DNA of 32,000 nt, from NCBI GenBank assembly GCA_942493105.1, contig OW818668.1, positions 1,440,001-1,472,000 on the forward strand. Reading direction: 5' to 3'. This DNA is from an uncultured Erysipelotrichaceae bacterium (lineage in GTDB: Bacteria; Bacillota_I; Bacilli_A; Erysipelotrichales; Erysipelotrichaceae). The position numbers and the translations under genes are program-made. This document shows, piece by piece, positions 15,937 through 23,842 of this stretch (positions within the stretch are counted from its first letter, which is position 1; each line of letters opens with the position of its first letter). The notes under the pieces are model-generated. The model worked only from the letters and a program-made list of their open reading frames with translations. It made no database searches and had not been told where the DNA came from.

Positions 15937-15964
15937 TGTATGTCCATAAAGTGAGTGATATACT
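15936..15964 (+). promoter_or_regulatory. Probable promoter of the MarR/efflux operon
   Basis: TTGTAT (15936-15941), 17-nt spacer, TATACT (15959-15964). Confidence 0.5.
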
Positions 15965-16006
15965 TAACTCGCTTAACAATTAGTTCTCACCTTTGAAAGG
16001 AGTCCT

Positions 16007-16447
16007 ATGGAAGATCAACCTTTATCACAACAGTTATCTATGGCAATGGACAACATCAAACGAGCTCAAAAACACATGCGCAAAGTGTTCAATACGGATG
16101 ATAAACCTTTGTTTCTTTTGATGCATTTCGATGAAGTGGCCCAAGGAGGCAGTATTAAGATCTCAGCTTTGAAAGAAGCTTTGGGAGTCACTGCAGCTGC
16201 GGCAACCCAATTTATCAAAAAGCTGGAACATTTCGGATATGTAGAGCGCCAACTCGATCACAGTGATCACAGGATCATCAATGTCTATTTAAGTCCAAAA
16301 GGCATTGAAACGGTCAATCAAACCAAAGCATGTTTCGGATTAGCCTTGAATGGTCTCGTAGATGATTTGGGTCAAGAAGATACAAAGACCTTGATTCGCT
16401 TATTGAATAAAACGTCCATTTATTTGGAGAAGGAATTTCTAAAATGA
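16007..16447 (+). CDS. MarR-family transcriptional regulator
   Basis: 146-aa winged-HTH pattern (ISALKEALGVTAAAATQFIKKLEHFGYVERQLDHSDHRIINVYLSPKG). SD AAAGGAG. Confidence 0.85.
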   Translation: MEDQPLSQQLSMAMDNIKRAQKHMRKVFNTDDKPLFLLMHFDEVAQGGSIKISALKEALGVTAAAATQFIKKLEHFGYVERQLDHSDHRIINVYLSPKGIETVNQTKACFGLALNGLVDDLGQEDTKTLIRLLNKTSIYLEKEFLK

Positions 16448-17322
16448 AAAAGAAATCAAAACGCGGTTTAATTATTTGGGGCATCATTGCCTTGATTGTC
16501 GTATTAGGAGTTGTAAGTTTTAATAACTTACGCAACAGAGCTAAGAAAGATCTTGTCGCTTCAGCAGAAATCTATAAGATCGAAAAAAGCGATCTGATGA
16601 TTTACAGCTTTGCGAAAGGGAAGATCGTTTCAGCAGAAACAACGGAATATACCTTTACAGGGTCTTTATCTAAAAACTATGTTGGTTTAGGCGATAAAGT
16701 CGTCAAAGGAACAGACTTAGGAAAATACGTCAATATGATGGGTCAAACTCGTCTTATTGAATCTAAAGTCAGCGGTATCGTAACTTCGATCCCCAGTTCT
16801 TTCAACAATGGTTGGGTCATTTCAAATGCCGATAAACTGCAAATGAGTGTCCAGATCAGTGAAAAAGACATCTCTAAAATTACCTTGGATCAACAAGCTT
16901 TCGTTTATATCGATGCCTTAAAGATCAACGTTGAAGGTAAGGTAACAGATGTCAATTATCTTGGGAATACAACGGCTGATTATACGACCTATACCGTAAC
17001 GGTCAGTTTTGATAAAGCAGATTATCCAATCTTCTTAGGTATGACAGGTAGCGGAAAAATCGAAATCAGTGCCAATCGTGATATCTTAGTCGTTCCGGTT
17101 GAAGCCTTGATTGAAAAAAGCGGTAAATATTACCTGCTTGATAAAGCATGGTTAGAAGATGTTGAGAAGTCTCAATCGGCTTTCTATATTGAAGTGACCG
17201 TTGGGGTCGCAGACATCAATGTGGTTCAAGTCATAGCAGAAGGTCTAGAGAATAAAGAAGTCGTCATCTTACCCTCTGATGCGCCTATGGGCTTCTTTGC
17301 TAGGTTCAGAAGCAATGATTAG
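16444..17322 (+). CDS. HlyD/MacA-family efflux adaptor (YknX-like), N-terminal membrane anchor
   Basis: N-terminal TM helix, then a barrel-sandwich/lipoyl-like hairpin (VGLGDKVVKGTDLG ... IESKVSGIVTS) and a beta-barrel domain. ATGA overlap with the MarR gene. Confidence 0.8.
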   Translation: MKKKSKRGLIIWGIIALIVVLGVVSFNNLRNRAKKDLVASAEIYKIEKSDLMIYSFAKGKIVSAETTEYTFTGSLSKNYVGLGDKVVKGTDLGKYVNMMGQTRLIESKVSGIVTSIPSSFNNGWVISNADKLQMSVQISEKDISKITLDQQAFVYIDALKINVEGKVTDVNYLGNTTADYTTYTVTVSFDKADYPIFLGMTGSGKIEISANRDILVVPVEALIEKSGKYYLLDKAWLEDVEKSQSAFYIEVTVGVADINVVQVIAEGLENKEVVILPSDAPMGFFARFRSND

Positions 17323-18004
17323 TCTTTCGAATGTGACCAAACATTATCACATGGGTGATGTGTTGGTTAAAGCTCTGGATGGGATCTCATTTGAGATTGA
17401 AGAGGGCGAATTTGTGGCGATCGTTGGTCCTTCAGGTAGTGGAAAATCAACCTTGATGAATATTCTGGGTTGTTTGGATATCGTGACCGACGGTACCTAC
17501 AAACTCAATCAAAAAATGATCAATGAATATGATGAGAATGACTTAGCTGGAATCAGAAATACCTCGATTGGTTTTGTTTTTCAGCAATTCAATCTCTTAC
17601 CTAGTTTTAGTGCCTTGGAGAATGTTTTGATACCTTTGACTTATGCCAGAGTTCATCGTAAAGAGCGTGAACAAAAAGCTAAAGCTTTATTGACTCAAGT
17701 TGGCTTGGGTGATCGTATGTTTCATAAACCAACTGAATTATCAGGTGGTCAGCAACAGCGTGTTTCCATCGCTAGAGCATTGGCCAATGATCCTGAAATC
17801 ATTTTAGCAGATGAACCGACAGGTGCTTTGGATTCAAAGACTGGACAAGAAGTTTTGAGTTTATTATCACAGTTGAATCAGCAAGGCAAGACCATCATCA
17901 TCATTACGCATGATATGGCCATAGCTCAGCATGCAAGACGAATCATTCGTCTGAAAGACGGTCTCGTTGAAAGCGATGCCCGGTATGAGGACTTCGATGT
18001 TTAA
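17315..18004 (+). CDS. ABC transporter ATP-binding protein, MacB/LolD/YknY-like
   Basis: Walker A GPSGSGKST, signature LSGGQQQRVSIARAL, Walker B ILADEPTGALD. The start at ATG 17315 (MISLSNV) overlaps the adaptor stop by 8 nt, and the track start at 17279 lies inside the upstream gene. Confidence 0.9.
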   Translation: MISLSNVTKHYHMGDVLVKALDGISFEIEEGEFVAIVGPSGSGKSTLMNILGCLDIVTDGTYKLNQKMINEYDENDLAGIRNTSIGFVFQQFNLLPSFSALENVLIPLTYARVHRKEREQKAKALLTQVGLGDRMFHKPTELSGGQQQRVSIARALANDPEIILADEPTGALDSKTGQEVLSLLSQLNQQGKTIIIITHDMAIAQHARRIIRLKDGLVESDARYEDFDV

Positions 18005-19160
18005 AGAGTACTTCTCGATTGCTTGGCGATCTGTTACTTCGCATAAGGTGAGGGCATTATTGACTACCTTAGGGGTCGTGATCGGTGTCAGCAGTGTCAT
18101 CTTATTACTGTCATTAGGCAACAGTGCGAAAGCAGAAGCCGAAAAACAAATTCGTAGTATAGGATCTAATTTGATCTTTGTGAGTGTTTCTGATCCGATT
18201 GGGGTCTTACCTTCGATCTGGATGGATGAATTAAAGGAAAGTGCTAAGATTGCTTACTACAGTCCCATGGTCCAACGTCCAGTCAGTTACTCCGTCAATG
18301 GGGTCGATGTTGAGGTAAACATCAGCGGAGTCAATGAAGACTATGATTATGTATCTTCACTGACGATGACTTCTGGTCGTTTCTTAAATCAACTCGACAT
18401 CAAAAGCAACTATCCAGTTGCGGTAGTGGGTTCAAAGATTTCTAAGAGTTTGTTTGCAGGAGCAGATCCAATCGGAAAAACCTTGGTCATCAATGGGGTT
18501 CCGTTTGAAGTCATCGGTGTAGTTGGTGCTCGAGGTCAAAATTTCTCAGGCGACAACGACATGTTAGTGTACATCTCGTATGACTATGCATTGAATCTAT
18601 TCTCAAGCCGTGCGATTATGACCACTTACTACATTACTTCAGTAACTGAAGCCTCAGTCAATACGACTTTAGCAAAAGTATCCGCGTATCTTGATTCTGT
18701 CTTACCTTCAAGTTCATTGTATAGAGCCTTTAGTCAATCCCAGATCCTTGGAATCATGGATACCTTAATGAGTCTGTTGACCAGTTTATTGGCTGGCATC
18801 GCTTCAATATCCCTGCTTGTTGGGGGTATTGGAATCATGAACATCATGTTGGTCACCGTCCGTGAAAGAACCCGAGAAATTGGGATACGAAAAGCTCTTG
18901 GCGCAAAACGCTCACAGATCTTGCTTCAGTTCTTGATTGAAGCTGTAATCATTACTTTATTAGGCGGTTTGATAGGTTTAGGTATTGCTTATATGGGAGC
19001 CTTTGTGATTTCAGCCTTAAGTGACTTTAAAGTTACGATCGGTTTAGATACCGTTGTATTAGCCTTACTGTTCTCTATTTCAATAGGACTTATATTTGGA
19101 ATTTATCCTGCCAACAAAGCCAGTTTATTAGAGCCTGTAGAAGCCTTACGTTACGAATAA
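17997..19160 (+). CDS. ABC transporter permease, MacB-periplasmic-domain + FtsX family (YknZ-like)
   Basis: N-terminal TM helix, a large extracytoplasmic domain, and a C-terminal FtsX 3-TM bundle (GGIGIMNIMLVTVRERTREIGIRKALGA). The start at ATG 17997 (MFKEYF) overlaps the ATPase stop. Confidence 0.9.
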   Translation: MFKEYFSIAWRSVTSHKVRALLTTLGVVIGVSSVILLLSLGNSAKAEAEKQIRSIGSNLIFVSVSDPIGVLPSIWMDELKESAKIAYYSPMVQRPVSYSVNGVDVEVNISGVNEDYDYVSSLTMTSGRFLNQLDIKSNYPVAVVGSKISKSLFAGADPIGKTLVINGVPFEVIGVVGARGQNFSGDNDMLVYISYDYALNLFSSRAIMTTYYITSVTEASVNTTLAKVSAYLDSVLPSSSLYRAFSQSQILGIMDTLMSLLTSLLAGIASISLLVGGIGIMNIMLVTVRERTREIGIRKALGAKRSQILLQFLIEAVIITLLGGLIGLGIAYMGAFVISALSDFKVTIGLDTVVLALLFSISIGLIFGIYPANKASLLEPVEALRYE

Positions 19161-19163
19161 AAA

Positions 19164-19190
19164 CCTAAAGCCCGAAAGGGCTTTTAGTTT
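19164..19190. terminator. Bidirectional terminator between convergent genes
   Basis: AAAGCCC-GAAA-GGGCTTT with T-runs on both strands. It overlaps the stop codon of the minus-strand gene. Confidence 0.8.
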
Positions 19191-20551
19191 TGGACATTGT
19201 GATGTGTTTCTGGGGTATCCATAGTTATGGGAAGAATAACAGCATTGATTGATCTCAAGTAGTCCAGGATTTCGGGAAGTGCTTCTACAGTGCTTTCGTG
19301 ACCGGGACCATCATGCATCAAAACATAACTGATTTTTCCGATTTTGATGTTTTTTCGAGCGTTTCTTAAAATACTTTCTGCACTATTCTTGATGTTTCCG
19401 TCTCCAGTTGAGACATTCCAATCGAAGTAGTGATAACCTTTTTGTTTAACCATTTTAACTAAAGTTGTCATGATGCCTGGATTAAAATTACTGCTGGTAT
19501 TGGATGATCCACCTGGAAAACGATATAGTTTAGATCTTAAACCTGTCAAATCATAAAGATAATCTGAAATCGCATCAAGATCATTAAAGAATGCGCTGGT
19601 TGAGGAATAGATGGTTGAATAGTTATGGGTATAAGAATGCAATGCCATAGAGTGACCTTCCTGATATGCTCTTTTAACAAGATAATCATAAGAGGAGCCA
19701 CGATATACGATGAAGAAAGTTGCTTTCATATCGTATTCTTTTAGTATATCCAATACTTTGATGGTGTTTACATTTGGGCCATCATCAAAGGTTAGATATA
19801 CGGTTGTGATGGGTAAGTCTGCGACTTCAACGAAACGATAGAGCGTGCTTGAATTACCGCTTTGATCCGTTGCGGTATAGGTTACTGTATATTTTCCTAT
19901 GACAGAAGGATTGATATTGTGTGTGATCACAACTGAATTGGTCAAATCACCACAATTATCGCTGGCAATGATACCATATTCATAGTATTGGGCATTTCTT
20001 CCCATTTTTATGGTTTCAGAACCGATGAGCGTCAAGGTAGGAGGCAGTGTGTCTTGTTTTAAGAAAGATCGTGTCAGTTCTGCTAGATTTCCAGAACTGT
20101 CACTTACTGAATATTTGAATCCAGATTCAATTTTCTTTACAAGAACATGTTGACTGATGTCTCCTTCATAATTGTCAATGGCTTTAAATCCTTCTTCAAC
20201 ATAAGAATCTTTTTGACATAGAAACCCATCTACAGCGCCTTGAAGTTCAATCTGCGGTTTTGTCGTATCGACTACAGAAATCGTTCTTACTAATTTTTTT
20301 GATTTTGATCCAATTTTAGCTGAATAGGTAATGGTATATGACCCTAATATATCTTTGTTTAATGTACTCTCGATGGTTATTTCAGCATTGTTTTTGACGT
20401 ATACACCTGGTTCCATGAAGTCAGTATGTACTTCGATTTCCATTTTGCTTTTTCCAAGCAAGTAAAAATCACGTTCAAAACATGCAACATTGAGCAGTAA
20501 AATTGAAAATATCGATAAAAATAAGCTTATAAAACGTTTAGTTTTCTTCAT
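19184..20551 (-). CDS. Secreted/lipoprotein polysaccharide deacetylase: three Ig-like (DUF5011-type) repeats + NodB-homology domain (paralog 1)
   Basis: Signal peptide ending LLNVAC. Ig-like repeats carry VVDTTKPQIELQG...AIDNYEGDIS. All five NodB motifs are present (TFDDGP, HSYTH, RFPGG, DW, LMHD). The start at ATG 20551 (MKKTKRF) is preferred over the track start at 20575. Confidence 0.85.
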   Translation of the reverse strand: MKKTKRFISLFLSIFSILLLNVACFERDFYLLGKSKMEIEVHTDFMEPGVYVKNNAEITIESTLNKDILGSYTITYSAKIGSKSKKLVRTISVVDTTKPQIELQGAVDGFLCQKDSYVEEGFKAIDNYEGDISQHVLVKKIESGFKYSVSDSSGNLAELTRSFLKQDTLPPTLTLIGSETIKMGRNAQYYEYGIIASDNCGDLTNSVVITHNINPSVIGKYTVTYTATDQSGNSSTLYRFVEVADLPITTVYLTFDDGPNVNTIKVLDILKEYDMKATFFIVYRGSSYDYLVKRAYQEGHSMALHSYTHNYSTIYSSTSAFFNDLDAISDYLYDLTGLRSKLYRFPGGSSNTSSNFNPGIMTTLVKMVKQKGYHYFDWNVSTGDGNIKNSAESILRNARKNIKIGKISYVLMHDGPGHESTVEALPEILDYLRSINAVILPITMDTPETHHNVQN

Positions 20552-20558
20552 TGGATTA

Positions 20559-20567
20559 ATTATAACA
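20559..20567 (-). promoter_or_regulatory. Extended -10 element (TGtTATAAT) 7 nt upstream of the paralog-1 ATG
   Basis: The minus strand reads TGTTATAAT-taatcca-ATGAAGAAA. There is no SD in between. Confidence 0.45.
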
Positions 20568-20613
20568 AAAAACATGAGACTTTATTGTTTCAATAATCAA
20601 AGCATGTTTAGGA

Positions 20614-21981
20614 CTAATTAGCGACTCTGTGATGTGACTGAGGTGTATCCATGGTGATCGGAAGAATTTTCGCATCGATGGACATCAGATAGTCGAGGAT
20701 AGGTGCAACGGCTGCTACAGTTTCATCATGACTGCTGCTGTCATGCATCAAAACCACATAGGATCTCCCTAAATGAATATTTTTCGTAACATTTTTAATC
20801 ATTTCTTCTGTTGTCGTTGAACTGCTTCCATCTCCTGAAGAAACACTCCAATCAAAATAATGGAACTCTTGATCGAGGACCATTTGGGTCAATAAGGTCA
20901 TGATACCAGGATTAAATGAACTGGATGTATTTGAAGATCCGCCTGGAAAACGATATATGAAAGATTTTTCTCCTGTTACTTTTTCGACCCAATCTTGAAC
21001 CTTATAAAGGTTTTCAAAGAAGACTTCGGATGAAGCATAGATGATCTTGGCATTATGACTATAGGCGTGTAAGGCAACCGTATGGCCTTGCTGGTAAGTT
21101 TTTAACATGATCGGTTCATATTCTTCACTTTTTTTACCGACAAAGAACGTGGCCTTAACATTATACTTTTTAAGAATATCTAATATTTCAAGGGTTCGAT
21201 AACTAGGACCATCATCAAAAGTCAAATAAACGGTGGTTTGAGTTTGATCAGTGACTTCTGCATCACGACTAATAGAGGCTGTATTTCCACTTTTATCTGT
21301 TACTGTATAGGTTATCTTGTATAACCCGACTTTGGTATTGTTGATGTTGTTTGTAATGACAACTTGTTGAGTGACGGAATCGCAGTTATCTGTAGCCTTG
21401 ACTCCGAATTCATAGTAAGAAGAATTAAGATGAAGCAAGATCTTAGAAGGACCGATCAATTTTATGACAGGATCAACATTGTCTTCAACTTTTATTGATC
21501 TGAAAGCCTCACTTAGATTATTTGAGCGATCTGCGACCGTATATTTTAAACCCTGATCAACTGTAGAAATTTTGACTAAATTGCTGATGTCTCCATCATA
21601 GTTATCCAATGCTAAAAATCCATCATCTTGATAAGTCGCGGATGGACACAAAACTTGAGTCACAGAACCATTTAAGGTGATGATCGGTTTAGTTGTATCA
21701 ACGACATTCACGATTCGATTGAGAGTTTTAGTTTTAGAACCGAATTTTGCAGAATACGTAATCGTATAAACACCAAGCGTATGGATATCTAGATCAGTGT
21801 CAACTGTGACAGTCGTTTTATCGTTTTTTAGAACACCAGGATCTTCAAAAGGGGTATGAACTTCAAGGGTCATATTTTCACTGCCGATCAATGAAAAGGG
21901 TGAGCTTTGGCAGCCAACAGTGATCAAACATAAACTGATTAGGAGTAGAATTTTTAAGCTAAATATCAAGTGCTTTTTCAT
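20614..21981 (-). CDS. Lipoprotein polysaccharide deacetylase: three Ig-like repeats + NodB-homology domain (paralog 2)
   Basis: Signal peptide with lipobox LITVGC. It is colinear with paralog 1 over its full length (roughly half the residues identical by eye) and has the same five NodB motifs (TFDDGP, HAYSH, RFPGG, DW, LMHD). The start may be 21981 or 21984. Confidence 0.85.
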   Translation of the reverse strand: MKKHLIFSLKILLLISLCLITVGCQSSPFSLIGSENMTLEVHTPFEDPGVLKNDKTTVTVDTDLDIHTLGVYTITYSAKFGSKTKTLNRIVNVVDTTKPIITLNGSVTQVLCPSATYQDDGFLALDNYDGDISNLVKISTVDQGLKYTVADRSNNLSEAFRSIKVEDNVDPVIKLIGPSKILLHLNSSYYEFGVKATDNCDSVTQQVVITNNINNTKVGLYKITYTVTDKSGNTASISRDAEVTDQTQTTVYLTFDDGPSYRTLEILDILKKYNVKATFFVGKKSEEYEPIMLKTYQQGHTVALHAYSHNAKIIYASSEVFFENLYKVQDWVEKVTGEKSFIYRFPGGSSNTSSSFNPGIMTLLTQMVLDQEFHYFDWSVSSGDGSSSTTTEEMIKNVTKNIHLGRSYVVLMHDSSSHDETVAAVAPILDYLMSIDAKILPITMDTPQSHHRVAN

Positions 21982-21988
21982 CATTCAA

Positions 21989-21997
21989 ATTATATCA
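21989..21997 (-). promoter_or_regulatory. Extended -10 element (TGaTATAAT) 7 nt upstream of the second ATG of paralog 2
   Basis: The minus strand reads TGATATAAT-ttgaatg-ATGAAAAAG. There is no SD. Confidence 0.45.
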
Positions 21998-22018
21998 AAT
22001 TCAGTAGGTAATAAATGC

Positions 22019-23842
22019 TCAATTTTCTGGTTCAAATTGACTTAAGTAAAGTGAGGTATAAAAACCATTCTGCTGCATCAGTGTCGTGTGTGTGCCTTGT
22101 TCAATGATGGCTCCATGATTCATGACTAAGATGAGATCAGCATCTTTAATGGTCGATAAACGATGAGCGATGATGAAGGAAGTTTTGTTGCCCATGAGTT
22201 TTTCCATGGCTCTTTGAATCAAGACTTCAGTTCGAGTATCAACAGATGAAGTGGCTTCATCTAGAATCAAAACTGAAGGATTAGACATAAAGGCTCTGGC
22301 AATCGTCAACAATTGTTTTTGACCTGATGAGATGTTGTTGGCTTCTTCGTTGATGATCAGATCATAACCTTCAGGTAGGGTTTGGACGAAATGATCGACT
22401 TTTGCAGAATCCGCGGCCTTAAGCATTTGTTCTTCAGTGGCATGCGGATTTGAAAACTTGATGTTTTCTCGAATAGATCCATTAAACAACCAGGTATCTT
22501 GAAGCACCATCCCAAAAATATTCCTTAGATCATATCGTGATAAACTTCGAATATCTGTTCCATCGACTTCAATACTTCCGCCTTTGACATCATAGAAACG
22601 CATGAGAAGGTTAATGAGCGTTGTTTTGCCAGCTCCTGTAGGTCCAACGATGGCGACGCGTTGCCCTGGTTTGACTTCAATGTTGAGGTTCTTGATGAAG
22701 ATATTGTCTTCAGAGTAACCGAAATCAACATTTTTAAATGAGACTGAGCCTGTGATCTCAGGGCAGTTTGTACCTACTTGATCTTTTGGTTCATTGGGCT
22801 GATCCACAAACTCAAAGACACGTTCAGCAGATGCAACGGTGGATTGAAGGACGGTTCCGATATTGGCAACTTGATTGATCGGGGCTGAAAAATTACGGGT
22901 GTATTGAATGAAAGCTTGAATACTACCGACTTGAAGTTTGCCTTGAATGACTAATGTTGCCCCTAAAACACTGACCGCGATATAGGAAAGATTTGAAACC
23001 AAACTGATAATGGGCATCATCATGCCTGAGAAACTTTCTGATTTCCAACTTTCTAAAAAGAACTTGGTTGATAATTTCTCGAAGGTTTGAGTTTGTTGTT
23101 TCTCACCGTTGAATACTTTGATGATGGGATGATTCGCAAAGGATTCTTCGATATGCCCATTCAGCATACCCAAGGTCTTTGTTCTGGCTCTATAATACTT
23201 CTGTCCTATCTTTACGATTTTAGTGACCATAAATAAACTGACAGGTAAAGATATCAAGGCAATAAGGGTCATTTCCCACGAGATCGAAAGCATCATGATC
23301 AAGACTCCAATGACTGTAGTCAAAGCAGTGATCAATTGGGTAACAGATTGTTGAAAAGACTGGGCAATGGTATCCACATCATATGTGATCCTGGATAATA
23401 CATCTCCGATCGGTTCAGTATCAAAATATTTTAAAGGTAAATCATTGATCTTCTCTGTGATCAAGAGTCGTAGATTAAAGGTGATTTTTTGGGTCACTTT
23501 GACCATAACAAAGGATTGAAGATAAGTAAACAAAGCATTGCCTGAATACAATAATGCTAAAACCATGATGATCGAATTGACATAATCCAAATCTATTTTT
23601 GCGTTAGGAACACCTTGTGCAATCTGATATAAACCTTCCGCAACCTTAGAAGTAATATTCCCAACAAGTTTTGGGGCTATGATCGCAAAAATCGTACCAG
23701 TAATTGCCAATCCGATAACCAAAAGCATCTGAAACATAAAAGGGGAGGTAAAGCGAATCAAACGTTTGACAGTCTTACTAAAATCTTTGGGTTTGACGAC
23801 AGTGGTCCGCATCGCCATCATAGGTCCTTGTCCTCTGGTCAT
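22019..23842 (-). CDS. ABC exporter half-transporter (TMD-NBD), canonical catalytic subunit of a heterodimer
   Basis: Six-TM type I exporter fold. Walker A GPTGAGKTT, Walker B VLILDEATSSVD (catalytic Glu present), H-loop AHRLST, and a deviant signature ISSGQ. Confidence 0.9.
   Translation of the reverse strand: MTRGQGPMMAMRTTVVKPKDFSKTVKRLIRFTSPFMFQMLLVIGLAITGTIFAIIAPKLVGNITSKVAEGLYQIAQGVPNAKIDLDYVNSIIMVLALLYSGNALFTYLQSFVMVKVTQKITFNLRLLITEKINDLPLKYFDTEPIGDVLSRITYDVDTIAQSFQQSVTQLITALTTVIGVLIMMLSISWEMTLIALISLPVSLFMVTKIVKIGQKYYRARTKTLGMLNGHIEESFANHPIIKVFNGEKQQTQTFEKLSTKFFLESWKSESFSGMMMPIISLVSNLSYIAVSVLGATLVIQGKLQVGSIQAFIQYTRNFSAPINQVANIGTVLQSTVASAERVFEFVDQPNEPKDQVGTNCPEITGSVSFKNVDFGYSEDNIFIKNLNIEVKPGQRVAIVGPTGAGKTTLINLLMRFYDVKGGSIEVDGTDIRSLSRYDLRNIFGMVLQDTWLFNGSIRENIKFSNPHATEEQMLKAADSAKVDHFVQTLPEGYDLIINEEANNISSGQKQLLTIARAFMSNPSVLILDEATSSVDTRTEVLIQRAMEKLMGNKTSFIIAHRLSTIKDADLILVMNHGAIIEQGTHTTLMQQNGFYTSLYLSQFEPEN

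Noticed and set aside
20552-20575. The eight extra N-terminal codons (MFFVIINP) of the 19184-20575 ORF, and likewise the MNYFYWRL extension of the MarR ORF at 25989-26012
   Set aside because: The extensions overlap promoter or operator elements and lack an SD. They would also place hydrophobic residues ahead of an otherwise canonical MKK signal peptide in the first case, and ahead of an SD-preceded ATG in the second.
19184-21984. Diversity-generating retroelement or phase-variable surface-protein locus for the two Ig-like lipoproteins
   Set aside because: There is no reverse transcriptase, no template/variable repeat pair, no invertible-repeat flanks and no homopolymeric or SSR tract at the 5' ends. 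Divergence is spread along the whole length, as in ordinary old paralogs.
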